Source of the DNA: a bacterium
Lineage (GTDB): Bacteria; UBA8248
Direction: 5' to 3'
NCBI GenBank assembly: GCA_965202625.1
Contig: CBDBBI010000010.1
Span: 2,432,001 to 2,496,000, forward strand
Length of the DNA: 64,000 nucleotides
Shown: positions 57,596-64,000 of the stretch, one piece after another
Position numbering within the stretch: position 1 is the stretch's first letter
Layout: every line of letters starts with the position of its first letter
The notes under the pieces: model-generated
The model's input: only the letters and a program-made list of their open reading frames with translations
Told to the model about the DNA's origin: nothing
Databases searched by the model: none
Translations under genes and position numbers: made by a program

Positions 57596-58255
57596 CTAGA
57601 CGTCGTTCCGGGCGGGATCGTTGGGGTGTGCCCTGTCCGGCATGACGTAGGGAGGGCGCATCTCGAAAATCTCCCCCGTCCGACAGTATCTCGGGCCGCC
57701 CAGCCTGCCCACCGGCCCGAGTTTCGCCGGGTCGATGTATTTGCCCTCCCGCATCAAATCCTCCCGGACGTGCCACCTGAGTACCTCTCCGATGATCAGG
57801 TGCGTCACCCATTCATCGCCGAAGGGAATCATCCGCTCGAAGCGGCACTCCATCGCCACGGGCGCGTTCTTGAGGCGCGGGGCGTCCACCAGGTCGGAGG
57901 GGAGGGTTTCGAGGCCGACGGCCTCAAACTCGCTCTCCTCGGGAGCGTAATTCCCCGCGCTCTGGTTCATCGCCTCCTCCCAGCCGTTCGTCACCGTGTG
58001 AATGACGTAGCCTCTCGTCTCCATAATGTTGCGCGCGGTGTCCTTGGGCTTCTTCTCGCGCTCGCCGACGGAAATGGACGCCATGGGCGGATAGTGAGAG
58101 ACCATGGTGAAGAAGCTGAAAGGGGCGAGATTGGGCACACCCGCCGCGCTCATCGTGCTCACCCAGGCGATGGGCCGGGGGACGACGGAGCCGATGAGCA
58201 GGCGATAGGTTTGCTGGTGATCCATCTCCTCGCTGTCGAAAACGCGGTAGCCCAT
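57596..58255 (-). CDS. Flavin reductase family protein (DIM6/NTAB)
   Basis: VVPRPIAWVST, NLAPFSFF, KDTARNI, GRLGG. Confidence 0.9.
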   Translation of the reverse strand: MGYRVFDSEEMDHQQTYRLLIGSVVPRPIAWVSTMSAAGVPNLAPFSFFTMVSHYPPMASISVGEREKKPKDTARNIMETRGYVIHTVTNGWEEAMNQSAGNYAPEESEFEAVGLETLPSDLVDAPRLKNAPVAMECRFERMIPFGDEWVTHLIIGEVLRWHVREDLMREGKYIDPAKLGPVGRLGGPRYCRTGEIFEMRPPYVMPDRAHPNDPARNDV

Positions 58256-58258
58256 CGT

Positions 58259-59398
58259 TCATCCTTTCGTTGAAAGGGCGGGGGACGCACCCGCCCCGTC
58301 CGCATAGGCGAGTCGTGCGGGCCGGGTGTCCTTCAACAGCGGCATGACCTCACGACCGAAAATCTCCGCCTCCTCCAGATGCGGCCAGCCGGAGAGGATG
58401 AAGTTCCCAACGCCCAGAGCGACGTATTCCCTGAGTGCGTCGGCCACCATCTCGGGCGTGCCCACCAGGGTGGCGGCGGCACCCGAACGCACCTTGTTCA
58501 CCCCCATCCAGAGGGTGTCCGTCAGCCAGGGGGAGCCGCCCTCGGAGAGGGCGTTCATGCGTCGCTGGCCCTCGCTCTCGGAGTGGTTGCGCTGATCCGC
58601 CCAGACGCGCGTGTTCTCGATCGCGCTGTCGGCGATTAACGCCTCCGCCGCGCGGCGGGCCTCTTTTTTGCTCTCACGGCAGAGCACGTGCAGGCGCAGG
58701 CCGAAGCGCAAGTCCTCGCGCCCGCGCGCCTGGGCGCGGCACCGCATGTCCGATACGTCCTCGGCGACCTGGCCCGGCGCCACCGCCCACATCATGTGCA
58801 CGTCGGCGTGCTTGGCGCCCACGCGCCGCCCCGCCTCCGAGCTGCCGCCCAGATATATCGCGGGATGCGGCCTGGAGACCGCCCGGGCGTAGAGGGCGGC
58901 GTTCTCGATTTTGTAGTATCGGCCCGCGTGGCTGACCGGCTCCTCGCTCCTCCAGAGCGCCTTGATGACGTCGAGATATTCCTCCGTCCGCGCGTAGCGC
59001 TCCTCGTGCGCGAGATGATCGCCGTATCGCTTTTGATCCAGAGGGGTCGAGCCGGTCACGACGTTCACCGTCAGCCGCCCGCCCGTGATGGCGTCGTAGG
59101 TGTTCGCCTGCTGGGCGGTGAGTACGGGGCTCATCAGTCCGGGGCGGAAGGCCACGCAGAACCTGATGCGCTCGGTGTGCCCGGCGACGGCCAGGGTGAT
59201 CATCCAGGCGTCGAGGCAGTGGGAACCGGTCGGAACGAGGAGGTTCACGAAGCCGGCACTCTCCGCCGCGCGCGCCACCTCTGTGAGGTATTCCACGGTG
59301 GGAGGACGCTCGGGAACCCTGGCGTTGATCTTCCGCCCGTCGCCGTATCTGCCCGTCGGAAGAAACCATGCGTATTCCGTGGACGCCTCCGTAGGCAT
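58259..59398 (-). CDS. LLM class flavin-dependent monooxygenase (SsuD-like)
   Basis: WFLPT, LVPTGSHCLDAW, AFRPG, YLGGSS, SGWPHLEEA. Confidence 0.88.
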   Translation of the reverse strand: MPTEASTEYAWFLPTGRYGDGRKINARVPERPPTVEYLTEVARAAESAGFVNLLVPTGSHCLDAWMITLAVAGHTERIRFCVAFRPGLMSPVLTAQQANTYDAITGGRLTVNVVTGSTPLDQKRYGDHLAHEERYARTEEYLDVIKALWRSEEPVSHAGRYYKIENAALYARAVSRPHPAIYLGGSSEAGRRVGAKHADVHMMWAVAPGQVAEDVSDMRCRAQARGREDLRFGLRLHVLCRESKKEARRAAEALIADSAIENTRVWADQRNHSESEGQRRMNALSEGGSPWLTDTLWMGVNKVRSGAAATLVGTPEMVADALREYVALGVGNFILSGWPHLEEAEIFGREVMPLLKDTRPARLAYADGAGASPALSTKG

Positions 59399-59629
59399 GG
59401 AACCCTCTGCCCCCCGCGCGGGAACGATGCAAAAAGGCGGCCCGCTTCCAGCCCCCCGCGCCCTGAAAATATGAAAAGAATCGCCTCCATCATTAAGGAC
59501 GAATAGGGTGCGGGACGCAAGCGCGTCGCCGTCCCCGCCAAATTCCCGTATCCATGGGAGTCTGCTATATTCGGGGAGAGGCGCGCGCCGGGTGCGCGCA
59601 TCCGCCGCTTTTCCCCGAAGGAGGGGACG

Positions 59630-61471
59630 ATGAACAAAAAAACGCAATTCTCCATCGGCTATTTCCTCTTCATCTTCGTCATCATGTCCTTGATTCACTC
59701 CCTGTTCTTTCAGGGTGCCCGATACCAGCGGATTCCCTACAACGAGTTTCGCGCCATGGTGAAGGAGGGGGAGGTGGAGCGGGTGGACATCAGGGGAGAT
59801 CGTCTTCAGGGCGTTCTCAGAAAGCGCGATGCGAACGACCGGCAGCGCTTCTTCGAGACGGCGAAAGTGGCGGACACCGAGCTCATCAACCTTCTGGAGG
59901 GTGCGGGCGTCACCTTTCAGGGCCAGTTCGATCCGCCCTGGCTGGTGCGGATGCTCACGAGCTGGGTACTGCCTCTCGGAATTCTCTTCGCCATCTACTT
60001 CTTCGTGCTGCGGCGCATGGGGCCGGGCCAGGGGGTGATGGCTTTTGGCCGGAACAAGGCGAAGATATACGCGGAGAAAGAGGTGGACGCGCGCTTCTCC
60101 GACGTGGCGGGGGTGGACGAGGCGAAGGAGGAGCTCGCCGAGGTGGTGGATTATCTGAAAAACCCGGACCGCTATTTGCGGCTGGGCGGAAAGATTCCGC
60201 GCGGCGTCCTGCTGGTGGGTCCGCCCGGCTGCGGGAAGACGCTGATGGCGAAGGCCGTGGCGGGCGAGGCGGGCGTCTTTTTCTTCAGCATCAGCGGCTC
60301 GGAGTTCGTGGAGATGTTCGTGGGCCTGGGCGCTGCGCGCGTGCGCGATTTGTTCGAGCAGGCGATGGAGAAGGCCCCCTGCATCGTGTTCATCGACGAG
60401 CTCGACGCGCTGGGCAAGGCGCGCGGCGTGGGAAACCTGATGGGCGGCCACGACGAGCGCGAGCAGACGCTGAACCAGCTTCTCGTCGAGATGGACGGCT
60501 TCGACACCCGCAAGGGGGTCATCATCATGGCGGCGACGAACCGGCCGGAGATTCTCGACCCCGCCCTCCTGCGTCCGGGGCGCTTCGACAGGCAGGTGCT
60601 CGTGGACAAACCGGATTTGATCGGCAGGCGCCACATTCTGGAGGTGCACACCAGAACGTTGACCAAGGGGGCGGACGTGGACGTGCAAAGGCTCGCCGAG
60701 ATGACGCCGGGCCTCTCGGGTGCGGACCTCGCCAACCTGGCGAACGAGGCCGCCCTGCTCGCCGCGCGCCATGACAGGGACGCGGTGATGATGGCCGACT
60801 TCGAGGAGGCGTTCGAGCGCGTGGCGGCCGGGCTGGAGAAGAAATCCCGCGTCATGACGACCGAGGAGCGCCGCCGCGTGGCCTATCACGAGTTGGGCCA
60901 CGCCATGACGGCCGAGCTCGTGGGCACGGCGGACCCGGTACAGAAGGTCTCGATCATCCCCAGGGGGCTGGCCGCCCTGGGCTACACCTTGCAGCGCCCG
61001 ACGGAGGACAGGTATCTGCTCTCGAAGAAGGAACTGGAAGATCGGATCGCCGTGCTCCTGGCGGGCCGCGCGGCGGAGGAGGCGGTTTTTGACGAGGTCT
61101 CCACGGGTGCGCAAAACGACCTCCAGCGCGCCACCGACATGGCGCGCTCCATGGTGACCGAATACGGCATGAGCGCGCGCTTCGGCCCCCACGCCCTGCG
61201 CGTCGCGTCGCGCCCGCTGTTTCTGGGCGGGGCGATGAACGGCGCCTCGGGGGATGCCGACATCAGCGAGGCGACCCGGCGCGAGGTGGACGAGGAGGTG
61301 GAAAAGATACTGGACGGGGCGTATGCGCGCGCGATGGGGATATTGCGGGAGCGGCGCGACGATCTGGAAGCCCTCGCCGCGCGATTGCTGAATCAGGAAA
61401 CCATCGGCGGAGACGAGTTGCGGGCTGTGCTCAGAGCGGGGGAGGACGCCCGGGGCGGGGCAGGGCCTTAG
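59630..61471 (+). CDS. ftsH: ATP-dependent zinc metalloprotease FtsH
   Basis: Two TM helices, [29 protein letters not shown]. Confidence 0.96.
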   Translation: MNKKTQFSIGYFLFIFVIMSLIHSLFFQGARYQRIPYNEFRAMVKEGEVERVDIRGDRLQGVLRKRDANDRQRFFETAKVADTELINLLEGAGVTFQGQFDPPWLVRMLTSWVLPLGILFAIYFFVLRRMGPGQGVMAFGRNKAKIYAEKEVDARFSDVAGVDEAKEELAEVVDYLKNPDRYLRLGGKIPRGVLLVGPPGCGKTLMAKAVAGEAGVFFFSISGSEFVEMFVGLGAARVRDLFEQAMEKAPCIVFIDELDALGKARGVGNLMGGHDEREQTLNQLLVEMDGFDTRKGVIIMAATNRPEILDPALLRPGRFDRQVLVDKPDLIGRRHILEVHTRTLTKGADVDVQRLAEMTPGLSGADLANLANEAALLAARHDRDAVMMADFEEAFERVAAGLEKKSRVMTTEERRRVAYHELGHAMTAELVGTADPVQKVSIIPRGLAALGYTLQRPTEDRYLLSKKELEDRIAVLLAGRAAEEAVFDEVSTGAQNDLQRATDMARSMVTEYGMSARFGPHALRVASRPLFLGGAMNGASGDADISEATRREVDEEVEKILDGAYARAMGILRERRDDLEALAARLLNQETIGGDELRAVLRAGEDARGGAGP

Positions 61472-61500
61472 CGTCCCGCGTCATCTTATGCGTGAAATTC

Positions 61501-62673
61501 TCACCCCCCATCGCTCAGCGTGAACGCGGCGTCCGCCGCCGGTATATAGGTCTCCGGAAGCCCCAACTCCTTTTTCACGATGTTCGTCCCCCTGGCGAGG
61601 GCCACCATCTTGTAGAAGGCGTGGCGGCGGCTCATGCCCTCCCGGCCGAAGCCGCAGTCCGTGGAGATGCAGAGCCGCTCGGCGGGAATCGCCTCAAGCC
61701 CCTTGCGGATGAGGGCGGCCACCTCCTCGGGACGCTCCACCTGCAGTCCCCGATGGTTGATGACCCCGATCGCCACCTTGGGCCTGGTGATGCGCTTTCC
61801 GATCTCCGCCAGGTCCATTCCCCCCGTGCTCGCACACTCGAACGTCAGCACGTCCACGTCCAGCCCGTTCATGTGCTCCAGGGCGGGGGCGTAGCTTTTT
61901 GAGGATTCATAAAACCTCTGCTGGGCGGGGTTGCCCCAGCAGGTGTGGCACCACAGCTCGAGCTTCTCCCTGAGGCCCGCCACGCTCTTGTTGAACGCCT
62001 CGACGTAGAACGCCATCGACATCTCCGCATCCTCCGCGTGAAAGTCGAAGCGGTGTACCCAGGGTTCCTCCACCTGAAAAATTTTGCAGCCCGCATCCGC
62101 CAGGCGGTGGAATTCCGCGCGCATGACGCGGCACAGATCCAGACAAAGCTCCCGCCTGTCGTCGTAGAACTCGTTCGATGCGATGGATTCGAGGCAATCC
62201 GCGCTGATGGAGCCGAACTTGAGGGGTTTTTCCGTCATCGCTTGCGCACAGCGCCACATCTGGGCGTATTCGAGGGGGCCTGCACCCACTCTGGCCGTGA
62301 CCCTGGGGAGCATTCGGGCCTCCAGTACCTCGAACATGATCTCTCCGGGGACGGAGCCTCCCCAGGCGGCGTGGCTTCTCGACGTTTCACGTCCCGAGAA
62401 GCCCTCCAGCCTGTCGACGACGTAGCCCACCCAGTCGCGTCCGCCCACGTTGGCGTCGAAGCGCGCGTCCCCGTCCGTCACGATGTCCAGCCCCGCGCGC
62501 TCCTGGTCCCGAATGACGCAGGATACGTTGTCGAGATACTGCTCCCGGAAGTCCGCGTCGATCATCGCCTCCCGAAACGACCTCCTGCCGATGTTCTGGC
62601 GAAACCAGCCGGGCCGGGGCAGGGAGCCCGTGATGGTGGTGGGCAGTATGGCGTCCTTTGTGGCGGTGTACAT
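61501..62673 (-). CDS. Cobalamin-independent methionine synthase II family protein (single-barrel MetE-like)
   Basis: TGSLPRP, GLDIVTDG, Zn ligands HTC, E, TDCG. Confidence 0.85.
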   Translation of the reverse strand: MYTATKDAILPTTITGSLPRPGWFRQNIGRRSFREAMIDADFREQYLDNVSCVIRDQERAGLDIVTDGDARFDANVGGRDWVGYVVDRLEGFSGRETSRSHAAWGGSVPGEIMFEVLEARMLPRVTARVGAGPLEYAQMWRCAQAMTEKPLKFGSISADCLESIASNEFYDDRRELCLDLCRVMRAEFHRLADAGCKIFQVEEPWVHRFDFHAEDAEMSMAFYVEAFNKSVAGLREKLELWCHTCWGNPAQQRFYESSKSYAPALEHMNGLDVDVLTFECASTGGMDLAEIGKRITRPKVAIGVINHRGLQVERPEEVAALIRKGLEAIPAERLCISTDCGFGREGMSRRHAFYKMVALARGTNIVKKELGLPETYIPAADAAFTLSDGG

Positions 62674-62761
62674 CTCGGGTTCCTCCCCTCAAATTGTTCG
62701 CGTCGCGTCTGGAAGGTCCGGCCCGCTCCGCTCTGGCCGCCTCCTGTATTCCGCGCGTCCC

Positions 62762-63757
62762 TTAGAGCCGCATGAGCCGCGCCGGCGTGGCGCGCAGGAT
62801 TTTCTCCTGCGCCTCCCCGGAGAGGCCCGCCCCCTCCACGAAATCCACCACGCGCTCCTGCATCATGTCGTAGGGGTAGTCCGTGCCGCAGACGACGCGC
62901 TCCGCTCCCACCTCCTCGACCATCCACCTGAGCGCGGAGGGGTTGAAGGTGATGACGTCGAAATAGAGGTTCCTGAAGTAGTGGCGCGGCGGATGCGGAG
63001 TGAGTGCCCTCGTCTCCGGACGCGCCTCCCAGGCGTGCTGTATGCGGCCAATCGCCCAGGGGAGGTTTCCGCCGGCGTGGGCGAGCAGTACCTCGAGGTT
63101 CGGGTAGCGCTCGAAGTGCCCCGAGAGGATGAGCCTCGTCGCCGCGATGGTGGTGGCGAGCGGGTTGCCGACGCAGTTCGCCATGTAGAAGGGATACAGC
63201 GGCTTGAAGTCCGCAAAATCAGGGTGAATGAACACCAGCGCGCCGAGCCTCTCCGCGGCGGCCCAGAATTCCTCGTATTGCGGCTCATCGAGCGCGTGGG
63301 CACCGATGCGATCGGAGATGATGCAGCCGAGCAGCCCCCGCTCCATGGCGCGGGCGAGCTCGGCCGCCGCCGCCTCGCCCCCGTTCTGCATGGGCAGGTT
63401 GCAAAGGCCCCGGAAATGATCGGCGTTCTTGCGGCAGAACTCGGCCACGCCGTCGTTTTGCGTCCTGATGATCGCCTCCCCCTCTCTTCCGCCTATCCAG
63501 TAGTAAAAGGTGGGCGGAGGGGGGGAGACCAGCGCCATGTCGAGGCGGTCCGCCCGCATGTCGCGCAGCTTTCGATCCACGTCGGCGAGCTGCGTCCCCC
63601 AGTGCTCCCGCGTCATCTTGGCGTTGTATCGAGAGGAGACCGGCGGAAAGAACCCCTCGAAACTGTCGGCGTGCTGGGGACGGCTTTCGCGCTGCTTGGC
63701 GGCGCGCTCCTCCGCTTCGTGAACGTAGATGTGATGGTGCAGGTCGATGTTGGGCAA
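62762..63757 (-). CDS. Amidohydrolase_2 family protein
   Basis: IDLHHH, FIHP, HAGG, GTDYPYDM. Confidence 0.88.
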   Translation of the reverse strand: MPNIDLHHHIYVHEAEERAAKQRESRPQHADSFEGFFPPVSSRYNAKMTREHWGTQLADVDRKLRDMRADRLDMALVSPPPPTFYYWIGGREGEAIIRTQNDGVAEFCRKNADHFRGLCNLPMQNGGEAAAAELARAMERGLLGCIISDRIGAHALDEPQYEEFWAAAERLGALVFIHPDFADFKPLYPFYMANCVGNPLATTIAATRLILSGHFERYPNLEVLLAHAGGNLPWAIGRIQHAWEARPETRALTPHPPRHYFRNLYFDVITFNPSALRWMVEEVGAERVVCGTDYPYDMMQERVVDFVEGAGLSGEAQEKILRATPARLMRL

Positions 63758-64000
63758 AAGGGCTTCCTCCGTTTGGGGGTGCTTGGGGGGCGTCGTCGCG
63801 CCCGCCTGGTTGTCGAGGCGAATATCGATCTGGCCCAGAGGGTAGAATCTGGGGCTTTTGGCGTCAATCCATGCTGCGGTCTCTGGTTTGACGCCCCCGC
63901 TTCAGGGTGAGAAACTGTAATTCGCTCATTCGCGCGTGCGAGGACGTTCGTTGTCTTGTCATGCGGAGGTTGCGGGCTTTCGGGTTTGCGCGCGGAATCG

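Noticed and set aside
59399-61192. 977-aa ORF apparently fusing an unknown domain to the LLM monooxygenase
   Set aside because: The upstream part is the antisense shadow of ftsH; the real start is ATG 59398

Overview
GC-rich bacterial chromosome segment. The abundance of secreted ankyrin proteins, transporters and decayed genes resembles a marine or host-associated bacterium (inference only). Core genes: nfuA, yebC-ruvC-ruvA-ruvB, kdsD, polA, rnr-smpB-ssrA (tmRNA, tag ADNELALAA), ftsH and pdxH. Around them are catabolic or redox genes (Zn-dehydrogenase, two bicupins, SDRs, a 3-sulfinopropionyl-CoA desulfinase-like enzyme, ArsM, a Tat-exported sulfite oxidase-family enzyme, an LLM monooxygenase, a MetE-like protein), a sugar ABC operon and a TAXI-TRAP system. 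The most unusual features are: (1) an 8-kb tandem array of six ankyrin genes built from a conserved signal peptide, N-cap, about 53 shuffled repeat modules and a C-cap, separated by a conserved palindromic spacer, with clear recombination products; (2) an unannotated, highly structured ~250-nt RNA candidate downstream of nfuA; (3) a cupin/pdxH hotspot holding two different defence-like cassettes in tandem (ABC ATPase plus nuclease-like gene; TIR plus membrane protein), joined by a microhomology chimera of both flanks; (4) a sugar ABC ATPase with a ~150-aa, 4-helix membrane insertion inside its second nucleotide-binding domain. All calls are by eye from motifs; no searches were run.
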